Below, in pieces: positions 20,452 through 28,638 of a stretch of DNA of 64,000 nucleotides; position 1 is the first letter of the stretch, and each line of letters opens with the position of its first letter. Origin of the DNA: an uncultured bacterium (GTDB taxonomy: Bacteria; Armatimonadota; Abditibacteriia; Abditibacteriales; Abditibacteriaceae); NCBI GenBank assembly GCA_963843795.1, contig CAWJLW010000006.1, positions 1,860,001 through 1,924,000 on the forward strand, in the 5' to 3' direction. A model generated the notes under the pieces. That model saw only the letters and a program-made list of their open reading frames with translations. It was not told the DNA's origin and did no database searches. The position numbers and the translations under genes were made by a program.

Positions 20452-22455
20452 ATGCAAGCGAGGCAAAGCACGACAAGCAACGACAATAAAAATCCACAGG
20501 CCAATGGCACGACAGGGGCGGCCAACCAATCCGATGGAGCCGGTTCGGCTTCGGCGCGCTACGAAGTGTCGGGGCGCGCCGGCGAGGGCACTTTGTGGGT
20601 GACTTATCGCGTTCGCGACCGCAACAGCGATTTAACTTTCGCGCTCAAGGCGCTGAAAACCAGCTTTGCGCGCCATCCGCGTCTCACTGCTGCGTTGCAA
20701 ACTCATCTGCAACAGTTAGCGACATTGCGCACCAAGGGTTTGACGCAAGAACATCTCGCCGCCGTTTACGAAGCTGGCGACGAACAGAAAACGCCTTATT
20801 TCGTGACCGATTGGCTGCCCAAGGGCACACTCGAAGACCGCTTGCAACGCGCGCCGCTGGGTCGCTCGGAAGCCCTATCGGTTGTGCGCGCTCTGGCGCA
20901 GGCTTTGGAAGCGCTTCACGCGCAGAATATCGCGCATGGTGATGTGCGACCTCAGCAGGTGCGGACAATGGGCGATGGCAGCGTAAAGCTCACCGATTGC
21001 GGACAAGCGCAAGCCTTTCATGATTCTGGCCTGCAATTGACTGATATTATTGGTGCCAGCGCCGCTTATCAAGCACCCGAACGCTGGGATAATCGCGCGC
21101 CTTCGGTTGGCGCCGATTTGTATGCCCTAGGCGTAATTTTGTATCGTATGCTGGCCGCGCGTGTGCCCTTCGATGGCACCAGCCCACTGGCCATTGCAAT
21201 GCGCCATCGCCGCGACACACCACTTAAGCCTTCGCAGTTCAACGCGAATTGTCCGCGCGATCTGGAGCGCATCGCGATGCGTCTGCTGGAAAAAGATCCG
21301 CAATCGCGCTATGTTTCCGCTGCTCACCTACTGCGCGATCTCAGTCCAGCCAACGACGATGACAATTCTGGCGATCCCGTGGCCACGCTGGTCACCTCGG
21401 CTCCTTTGGCCGCGCCAATCGTCGCTACAGCTTCGAATGCCACTGCAGTGCCTAACGTGGCACCAGTATTTCCGGCTCCGCAACCTTCGTTCGCGCCCGT
21501 CGTGGATGATGAGCCAACAGGCACCGACGTTTTTGACGATGCCGACGAAGAATATACCGTGCGCACAGCGCGCAAAAAGCATCGACGACGAGAATTTTGG
21601 GGTGCGCTGGGCGCCTTGGTCTGGATGATCATCGCGGCGGCCAGTTTGGGCGGTCTCTTCGTGGGCGCTTATAAGCTGTGGATTCAGGATTTGCCAGACG
21701 AAGTCAAAGTCGCCAACTACAAAGGCAAAAATCAGAGTAGCGCCGAAGCGATGTTGAAAAAGCAGGGATTGACTTTCCGCGTAGCGCGCGAAGTTTTCGA
21801 TCCGAAAAAGCCCAGCGGCACGGTTCTCAGCGGCGAACCACCGCCAGGTAAAACGGTGCGCGTCGGACGTGAAATCGCAGCCACAGTTTCGCGTGGCCCT
21901 GAACCGATTCGCATGTACGATTTCACGCAGCTCAGCCTGCAACAAGCGCGACAGGTCGCGATGCGCGATGGGTTGCGTCTGGGCCAGGTCGCCGAACAAT
22001 ATCACGACAAAATTCCCGCCGGTTACATTTGCGCTCAGTTCCCCGAACCGGGTGACAACTTTAAGCGCAGCGATCCGATCAACTTGGTCGTCAGTCGCGG
22101 CCCGCAGCCCTCGGAAACTCCGATTGAACCTTCTGCTCTGCCACCTTTGCCGCAGCCGACCTACGACGCTTCAACCGATCCACAAACACCTTCGATCAAC
22201 GGTATCGAACAACCTTCAGAAAGTACTTTGGTTTCGCGCGCCGTGCAAATTCGCGTCGTAATTCCGACTGGCAGCCTCCAAGCCGACGTACGCGTAGTCG
22301 CCAACGATGTCGATGGCGAACGCACGGTTTACCGCGAAACTCACAAACCAGGTGACGTCATCAACGAAACCGTGCAGGTGACGCGACAGCAAGGCACAAC
22401 GGCGACGGTGAGCGTTTACGTCGATAACAAGCTAATTCGCGAAGAGCGCGTATAA
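20452..22455 (+). CDS. PknB-like Ser/Thr kinase-fold protein with TM helix and PASTA domains
   Basis: Kinase fold (ALK, HGDVRP, APE, DLYALG), TM segment, two PASTA repeats (VSRGP ends). Confidence 0.88.
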   Translation: MQARQSTTSNDNKNPQANGTTGAANQSDGAGSASARYEVSGRAGEGTLWVTYRVRDRNSDLTFALKALKTSFARHPRLTAALQTHLQQLATLRTKGLTQEHLAAVYEAGDEQKTPYFVTDWLPKGTLEDRLQRAPLGRSEALSVVRALAQALEALHAQNIAHGDVRPQQVRTMGDGSVKLTDCGQAQAFHDSGLQLTDIIGASAAYQAPERWDNRAPSVGADLYALGVILYRMLAARVPFDGTSPLAIAMRHRRDTPLKPSQFNANCPRDLERIAMRLLEKDPQSRYVSAAHLLRDLSPANDDDNSGDPVATLVTSAPLAAPIVATASNATAVPNVAPVFPAPQPSFAPVVDDEPTGTDVFDDADEEYTVRTARKKHRRREFWGALGALVWMIIAAASLGGLFVGAYKLWIQDLPDEVKVANYKGKNQSSAEAMLKKQGLTFRVAREVFDPKKPSGTVLSGEPPPGKTVRVGREIAATVSRGPEPIRMYDFTQLSLQQARQVAMRDGLRLGQVAEQYHDKIPAGYICAQFPEPGDNFKRSDPINLVVSRGPQPSETPIEPSALPPLPQPTYDASTDPQTPSINGIEQPSESTLVSRAVQIRVVIPTGSLQADVRVVANDVDGERTVYRETHKPGDVINETVQVTRQQGTTATVSVYVDNKLIREERV

Positions 22456-22635
22456 TTTTCAAAAACAGAGCACTTATCCTTGAAAACGATCTGAAATGTA
22501 TCACTTCCCAGCCTTCCGCGACTTTATCTCACTCCGGTTTATCATGGCACAGGTGGCACCAAACTTTGGCCTCAATAATAATATCTGCCAGAACGTGCTA
22601 TTTTTAAAGCAGGACGGCACAAAATTAAGGGAGGC

Positions 22636-22995
22636 ATGATGAGTGACAGCGATTCGACCCAACAAGTGATCCTGAAAAATCAGGAACGCATTCTCATCAA
22701 TCAAAAAAAGATTAGGGCAGCACTGCGGCAAGTTGACACCAGACAGGACAAATTTGATGTCGAGATGCTGGCGAATCAACAAGCCATTCTGGAACACCAA
22801 ACCACGGCCGAAGTAATGCTCAACCAGATGAGAGTGCAGCAAAAACAGCTGCGCACCAGCCAGAATCGGCTCGATGATTTCTTCACCACATTGGAATCCA
22901 TCATCGCCAATCAAGATCGAATTCAAGCCAACCAACAGCAAATTATTGAAAATCAGCTGAAAATTTTGCAGGAAATTGGTTTGATCGAACGCTAA
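22636..22995 (+). CDS. Small IxxNQxx heptad-repeat coiled-coil protein
   Basis: GGAGG RBS; ILKNQER ILINQKK ... IIANQDR IQANQQQ IIENQLK. Confidence 0.8.
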   Translation: MMSDSDSTQQVILKNQERILINQKKIRAALRQVDTRQDKFDVEMLANQQAILEHQTTAEVMLNQMRVQQKQLRTSQNRLDDFFTTLESIIANQDRIQANQQQIIENQLKILQEIGLIER

Positions 22996-23415
22996 ACGGG
23001 GTAAAAGAAGTACACCATTGGCGCATAGCACTTGTAACGTGCAAGCTCCTTGTGATATAAAATCACCGTTGCTGTAAAACGCAACATCTCACAGCTTGAC
23101 TTTCTTAATAGTAGGCGCAAATGCCTACAGTCCGACCCGCTACTCTCCGCTCGGAGCGTAGTCCGCAGATCGTTTACACGCTTTCAGCTTTACACGCTCT
23201 CAGCGTTGATCTGTCCGAGGCCCAGCCTCTTTTCTGACAAGCAGGTAAATGCGGTGTTCGCCTTTAACGGCAACAGCCACATTTCATTACTCTGCACTGG
23301 GCTTCTCTTTTCTCATCCCATACAACCCGACTCACCGGTTCTGGCTGCACTGCGCCTGCCAACTGCGCTTTTGCGCATCACGGAACCGTCTAATATTCTT
23401 CAGAAAGGATTTCTG

Positions 23416-25005
23416 ATGCATGGTTTTTCGCCTGAACTCCGTTTCAGGAAAACGCGGCTTCATGCCACGTTATTCACTGCGTTTGCGTTTTCAATCAACC
23501 TTTTGGCGGCTAATGCGCAAACCGCTGCCGCGCCCGTGGAGCCAACTCTCGCGCCATCAGGTGCGACGACCTCCTCCAGCACAGTAACCACCGGTGCGGC
23601 GACGCCTCAAGTTGCGGCCACACCAGAGCCTTTGAAAATCGGCAGCTATACGGTGACGGGCAGTTACCGCGCGCGGGTCGAGCACTGGAACTGGTTTGAT
23701 GCGCCGCCATTCGACGACCAATACACGTTTCTCGGCTCGTTGTTGCGAGTTGGAATTGGTAAGCAGGCGCCGCGCACCGATGTACAAATTGAGCTTTCGG
23801 TTCCTACGTTACTTGGCTTGCCCAAAAATGCTATTGCGCCGCCACCACAGGGCCAACTCGGATTGGGCGCCAGTTACTACGCGGCCAACGGCGGGCAGGA
23901 TGCAAGCATCTTTCCGCATCAAGCGTTCGTGCGTTTCAAGCAACTTGGTGGCAACACAGCCAACACTCTGCGGTTGGGCCGTTTTGAATTCTGGGATGGC
24001 GCGGAAGTCACGCCCAAAGAGGCTTCGCTGGCGTGGCTCAAACGTGAACGCGTCTCCAGCCGATTAATCGGTAACTTCGGTTTCACGCACGTCCAACGCA
24101 GTCTCGATGGCTTGCAATTCATGAATAATCAGGCCAAGGGAAATTTCACTTTCGTGGCGGCGCGCCCCACAGAAGGCGTGTTCCAGTTGAATGGATTGGG
24201 TGAAGTCAAGGACGTAGAAGTGGCTTATGGAGCGTTCACCAAACCTTTGAAGCGGGCCGAAGCGCGCGTGTTTGGCATCTATTACCACGATGGACGTCAA
24301 GCGCCGCTTTCGGTCAAAGTGGATAATCGCCCTTTGCCGGCACGCACAACGGACACCGATGACATCAGTGTTACGACGCTGGGCGCGCACTACATCACGA
24401 CGTTCAATGCGGGCAGTGGAGTAGGCGACTTTGTGGCGTGGGGCGCATTGCAAACCGGCAACTGGGGCACGCTCGATCATAGAGCCAATGCCCTTGCACT
24501 TGAAGCAGGTTTTCAGCCCGGCCACAGCAAACTCAAACCGTGGCTGCGCGCCGGTTACTATCGCAGCAGCGGTGACGGTAACGCGGCTGATGGCAAGCAT
24601 GGGACGTTTTTTCAAATTCTGCCCACGCCACGCGCTTACGCTCGGTTTCCTTTTTACAATGCCATGAACAACGAAGATGTGTTCGTGCAAGGTTTGCTTC
24701 GGCCCACGCCGCGCTTGACGGTGCGCACCGAAGCGCACCGCGTGAGGCTGAGCAGCGCCAACGACTTGTGGTACAGCGGCGGTGGCGCGTTTCAGGACAA
24801 CAGCTTCGGCTTCGGCGGACGGCCCAGCGGCGGCAGTCGCAATCTAGCCAATGTTTTCGATGTGGGCGCCGATTACGCGCTTTCGCCGCGCCTGTCACTT
24901 TCGGCTTATCTGGGACATGCTTCCGGCAAAGGTGCAGTTTCGACGACTTATCCCGCTGGCGACAGTGGCCAATTCGCTTACTTTGAATTGACGCAGAAAT
25001 TTTGA
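23416..25005 (+). CDS. Alginate-export (AlgE)-like outer-membrane beta-barrel
   Basis: AAAGGA RBS, signal peptide, LRLGRFE, RLIGNFGF, SSGDGN..DGKHGTF, C-terminal YFELTQKF. Confidence 0.8.
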   Translation: MHGFSPELRFRKTRLHATLFTAFAFSINLLAANAQTAAAPVEPTLAPSGATTSSSTVTTGAATPQVAATPEPLKIGSYTVTGSYRARVEHWNWFDAPPFDDQYTFLGSLLRVGIGKQAPRTDVQIELSVPTLLGLPKNAIAPPPQGQLGLGASYYAANGGQDASIFPHQAFVRFKQLGGNTANTLRLGRFEFWDGAEVTPKEASLAWLKRERVSSRLIGNFGFTHVQRSLDGLQFMNNQAKGNFTFVAARPTEGVFQLNGLGEVKDVEVAYGAFTKPLKRAEARVFGIYYHDGRQAPLSVKVDNRPLPARTTDTDDISVTTLGAHYITTFNAGSGVGDFVAWGALQTGNWGTLDHRANALALEAGFQPGHSKLKPWLRAGYYRSSGDGNAADGKHGTFFQILPTPRAYARFPFYNAMNNEDVFVQGLLRPTPRLTVRTEAHRVRLSSANDLWYSGGGAFQDNSFGFGGRPSGGSRNLANVFDVGADYALSPRLSLSAYLGHASGKGAVSTTYPAGDSGQFAYFELTQKF

Positions 25006-25030
25006 AGCGTCATTTTACGAGGAGATAAAG

Positions 25031-25237
25031 ATGAGTACAGATCAAGTTCAAAACAATCAAAAAATGATTCTCGATAATCAAGGTTTTATTAAAGCCAATC
25101 AGGAGACGATTCTCGATAACCAGGCCGCGATCAAAGCGAATCAGGACACAATCAAATCCAACCAAGACAAGCTGGATCAGATTTTGGAGAATCAGAAGGA
25201 AATCTTGGCGAACCAGAAAGAAATTCTGGCCAAGTAG
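25031..25237 (+). CDS. 68-aa IxxNQxx heptad-repeat protein
   Basis: GAGGAG RBS; eight NQ-containing heptads. Confidence 0.85.
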   Translation: MSTDQVQNNQKMILDNQGFIKANQETILDNQAAIKANQDTIKSNQDKLDQILENQKEILANQKEILAK

Positions 25238-25287
25238 TACACGCCAGTGCAGGAACCATTCAAATCAGCAACAGAAGGAGTCAAATT

Positions 25288-25881
25288 ATGGCATCGGCAT
25301 CAATGACAGTTGGGAGTTACGAAAAGAGTGGTTTTGTCCACAAACTCAATCGAGCCTGGCATGAGCGCGCGCTTCAGCTTTACATGGTGGTCGTGTTGGG
25401 CCACTGGTCTGAACACTTAGTCCAGGCTTTTCAAATCTACGTTCTGGGATGGGCACGACCGGACTCACGCGGTGTGCTGGGCCAGTTTTATCCTTGGCTG
25501 GTGAAATCGGAAGCACTGCACTACGGTTACGCCATTGTCATGCTCATCGGCTTAATTCTTATGCGCGACGGCTTTCAAGGACGCTCTCACGTATGGTGGA
25601 CGGTCGCGCTTTACATTCAAATCTGGCACCATTTCGAACACGGCTTACTGCAAAGCCAGATTTTGCTGCATCAGAACTTGTTCGGCTCACCCGTACCGAC
25701 GAGCATTTTGCAGCTTGTCTTTCAACGCGTCGAGTTGCACTTGTTCTACAACACGCTTGTGTTTATCCCCATGGTCATCGCCATGTATTATCACAAGTTT
25801 CCACCCGAAGGCGAAGAAGCGCATCAACAATGCACTTGCGCTTATCGCCCGCAACCGTTGGCGGCGCAATCCGGTGCCTGA
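25288..25881 (+). CDS. His/Glu-rich four-TM membrane protein of unknown function
   Basis: AAGGAG RBS; HWSEH, EALHYGY, WHHFEH, VELHLFY motifs within hydrophobic helices. Confidence 0.8.
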   Translation: MASASMTVGSYEKSGFVHKLNRAWHERALQLYMVVVLGHWSEHLVQAFQIYVLGWARPDSRGVLGQFYPWLVKSEALHYGYAIVMLIGLILMRDGFQGRSHVWWTVALYIQIWHHFEHGLLQSQILLHQNLFGSPVPTSILQLVFQRVELHLFYNTLVFIPMVIAMYYHKFPPEGEEAHQQCTCAYRPQPLAAQSGA

Positions 25882-25883
25882 AA

Positions 25884-26324
25884 ATGAAATTCCTCCTCAG
25901 CACAATTTTTTCACAGCGATTTTGCGTATGGTTGGGATGCATCCTGCTGGCGATAGCCACGCTGGCAGGATGCACTCCTCCCAGCGCATCCTCTTTGGAC
26001 GTCACTACTGCAGATTCAGAAATTCAAGCGGCTTGGCAATTCACGCCCCAACCGCCACAAGTTGGAGCCTCGCAGTGGACGGTCGCGTTGAAAGATCGAG
26101 CGGGCAAGCCTTTGAGCGGTGCGAAAATTACGCTGGAAGGCAATATGTCGCATCCAGGAATGCAGCCCGTTTTGGCTTCGATGCACGAAACCTCTCCCGG
26201 ACAATATCAAGCACCACTGAATTTCACTATGGGCGGCGATTGGTTCGTCTTAATCAACGCCACTTTGAAAGATGGGCGCACGCTGCAGAAACAATGCGAT
26301 GTTCCTAACGTTCGGGGCAAGTGA
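25884..26324 (+). CDS. YtkA/FixH-like lipoprotein
   Basis: Lipobox LAG-C; GNMSHPGM, PGQYQA, FTMGGDW. Confidence 0.8.
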   Translation: MKFLLSTIFSQRFCVWLGCILLAIATLAGCTPPSASSLDVTTADSEIQAAWQFTPQPPQVGASQWTVALKDRAGKPLSGAKITLEGNMSHPGMQPVLASMHETSPGQYQAPLNFTMGGDWFVLINATLKDGRTLQKQCDVPNVRGK

Positions 26325-26379
26325 GCGACCTGTCGCAAGTTACTTGCCGCAGGCACTTGCGGCGCGAATCAATGGCTTT

Positions 26380-27855
26380 ATGCGCACACTTCAAACTCCA
26401 ACCTCGCCAATAATTACTGAGCCTTTAGATGCAGGGTTCGATTTGCTGCGTGTGCCGCTCATCGGGCGTTTCCTTTACTGGCGTCACGCGCGCTCGGCCA
26501 TGCAAATTCCCGTGCTGCTGGTGGCGCTAGCGATGATTGTGCATGGGCTGACCGGGCCGCAGCTATCGCCCAAAAATCTGGCCACGGTTTTAACTTGGGT
26601 TCATTATCGCGGCGCCCTGATGGTGGTTTTATTGGTGGCAGGCAACTTTTTTTGCATGAGTTGCCCGTTCATGTTGCCGCGCGAATTGGCGCGACGATTT
26701 GTCAAGCCAACGCGCCTGTGGCCGCGCCAACTGCGCAATAAATGGCTGGCCGTAGCTTTGTTGGTGACTTTCTTGTTCTGCTATGAATTGTTCGATTTGT
26801 GGAGTTCTCCCTGGCTGACTGCGTGGCTCATCATCGGCTATTTCAGTGTGGCTTTACTGGTGGATACGACTTTCAAGGGCGCTTCGTTTTGCAAGTATGT
26901 GTGTCCGATTGGCCAGTTCAATTTTGTGGCGTCCACACTGTCTCCGCTGGAAGTCAAAGTGCGCTCACCAGAAATTTGCAACGCTTGCCAGACGCGCGAT
27001 TGCATTAAGGGCCGGCGCGAACCTCAAGATTTGATTCAAATCACGCAGCGCGGCTGCGAACTGGCGCTCTTTCAACCGAAAAAAGTCGGCAACATGGACT
27101 GTACTTTCTGTTTAGATTGCGTTCACGCCTGTCCGCACGACAACATTGGCATCACAACGCGCCTGCCTGCCAGCGAGTTGGAAGACGATCCCCATCGCTC
27201 TGGCATCGGCGTTTTATCGAAACGCAAAGATATCGCGGCTTTGAGTGTCATCTTTACCTTTGGCGCTCTCTTAAACGCTTTTGGCATGGTGAGCCCCGTT
27301 TATGCCGTCGAACTCTGGCTGTCACGCGTGATGGGCGTTTCGGTGGAAGCGCCGGTACTGGGCACGATCTTCTTTCTGGCATTAGTGGCCGAACCAATTC
27401 TGTTACTGGGCGCCGCCGCTTATCTAACGCAGCGCGCTAAGCCTTCTGGAGAAAAGTTATCAAACATCGTTACACAATTTGTTTATTGTCTGGTGCCACT
27501 GGGCTTTAGCGTGTGGTTGTCGCACTACACGTTTCATCTCCTGACCGGCTTGCTAACGTTTATCCCTGTTATCCAATCTACGTTGCGCGAATGGGGAGTG
27601 TCATGGATGGGGCAACCACGCTGGGACTTGGGCGGCGTGCCGGCCGCTCTCGTGAGGCCACTGGGAAATGGTTTCCTCAGTCTGGGACTTTTAGGCTCGG
27701 GGATGCTGGCGTGGCGCATCGCGCAACGGTTCAACCCCGCCTCGCCTCGACGTGTTTTCGCGCCCTGGGCAGGACTTTGTTTTCTGTTGTGGATTTCGGC
27801 CCTGTGGCTGTTGGCGCAGCCGATGGAAATGCGCGCGACTTTACTCAGTAGTTGA
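26380..27855 (+). CDS. Polytopic membrane 4Fe-4S protein (NapH/CcoG/FesM-like)
   Basis: FCMSCP, FCKYVCP, CNACQTRDC and CTFCLDCVHACP motifs; many TM helices. Confidence 0.85.
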   Translation: MRTLQTPTSPIITEPLDAGFDLLRVPLIGRFLYWRHARSAMQIPVLLVALAMIVHGLTGPQLSPKNLATVLTWVHYRGALMVVLLVAGNFFCMSCPFMLPRELARRFVKPTRLWPRQLRNKWLAVALLVTFLFCYELFDLWSSPWLTAWLIIGYFSVALLVDTTFKGASFCKYVCPIGQFNFVASTLSPLEVKVRSPEICNACQTRDCIKGRREPQDLIQITQRGCELALFQPKKVGNMDCTFCLDCVHACPHDNIGITTRLPASELEDDPHRSGIGVLSKRKDIAALSVIFTFGALLNAFGMVSPVYAVELWLSRVMGVSVEAPVLGTIFFLALVAEPILLLGAAAYLTQRAKPSGEKLSNIVTQFVYCLVPLGFSVWLSHYTFHLLTGLLTFIPVIQSTLREWGVSWMGQPRWDLGGVPAALVRPLGNGFLSLGLLGSGMLAWRIAQRFNPASPRRVFAPWAGLCFLLWISALWLLAQPMEMRATLLSS

Positions 27856-27886
27856 GAAATTTCAAATTATCGTTAATGGAATCCGA

Positions 27887-28456
27887 ATGAAAACCGTGCG
27901 AATGAGCTGCAAGTACTTGCTGTCGTTGATTTTAACTATAACGTTGCTGTGCATTTGTTCGTCCGCAGATGCGCACAACGGCCCGGCTTATCCGATTGTA
28001 ATGGATCAAATAGTGCCGCCTTATCAAATCTCAGTTTGGACAGACCCAGACGTTGGCACCGGCACTTTTTATATCGTGCTGGCACCGCAGCCCAACGCAG
28101 CTTTCCAAGCGCCTGACCGTGTGGAAATCGCCGTCCAACCCGTTGATAAGCGACTTAAAGAAGTGACTTATCAGGCCAAACATCAGGACGTTTACAACAG
28201 CACGCAGTATTTTGTCGCAGTTCCTTTCGACAAGCAGGGCAAGTGGCGTGTGCGCGTCCTCTTACATAGCTCACAGGGAAATAGCGAAATTGTCAAAGAA
28301 GTGGAAGCAACACCCGATGATTTGGGCCGGTTGGGTATTTTGCTGTATTTGTTTCCTTTTGTCGCAGTTGGCGTTTTGTGGTTCAAAGGAACGATGCGCG
28401 AACGCCGCCGTCGCGATGCGTTGGCAGCTAAAAATCAGCAGGATACAATAGGCTAA
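27887..28456 (+). CDS. Exported Ig-like protein with predicted mature N-terminal His and C-terminal TM anchor
   Basis: Signal peptide ending ADA|HNGPAYP; WTDPDVGTG; GKWRVRV; C-terminal TM followed by basic residues. Confidence 0.75.
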   Translation: MKTVRMSCKYLLSLILTITLLCICSSADAHNGPAYPIVMDQIVPPYQISVWTDPDVGTGTFYIVLAPQPNAAFQAPDRVEIAVQPVDKRLKEVTYQAKHQDVYNSTQYFVAVPFDKQGKWRVRVLLHSSQGNSEIVKEVEATPDDLGRLGILLYLFPFVAVGVLWFKGTMRERRRRDALAAKNQQDTIG

Positions 28457-28538
28457 GCAGACGTTCGTTTGCTGGATTTTTCCAAATGTAGTAAAATAGG
28501 ATGGTCGCACGCTGGAGACAATTTGATGACGCGCCTCC

Positions 28539-28570
28539 AAAAGTGGGTTCGCTTGCGACCCGCTTTTTTT
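28539..28570 (+). promoter_or_regulatory. rimP-leader-like attenuator hairpin upstream of nusA
   Basis: AAAAGTGGGTTCGC-TT-GCGACCCGCTTTT plus U tract, ~70 nt before the nusA start. Confidence 0.6.
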
Positions 28571-28638
28571 GTTGTGTCCGCCGCTTTTAATTGGTGAAAT
28601 TTTATTTTGCGGGCCGGGCGCGTCACGGGAGATGAAAA

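Noticed and set aside
23240..23290. GGTGTTCGCCTTTAAC resembling a fluoride riboswitch
   Set aside because: Lacks the GGCGATG 5' strand and the downstream CTGATGAC element.
26321..26380. GTG overlapping the ytkA-like stop as the true start of the 4Fe-4S gene, frameshifted by the 13-bp variant
   Set aside because: Removing the extra base does not put this GTG in frame with the downstream ORF.
20224..27908. 7.7-kb gap without exact palindrome copies as evidence that the 22.6-28.5 kb cluster is foreign
   Set aside because: With ~39 intervals averaging 1.6 kb, one gap this long is plausible by chance. A 13-bp variant also lies inside the gap (26335), and an exact copy falls in the cluster's last gene.
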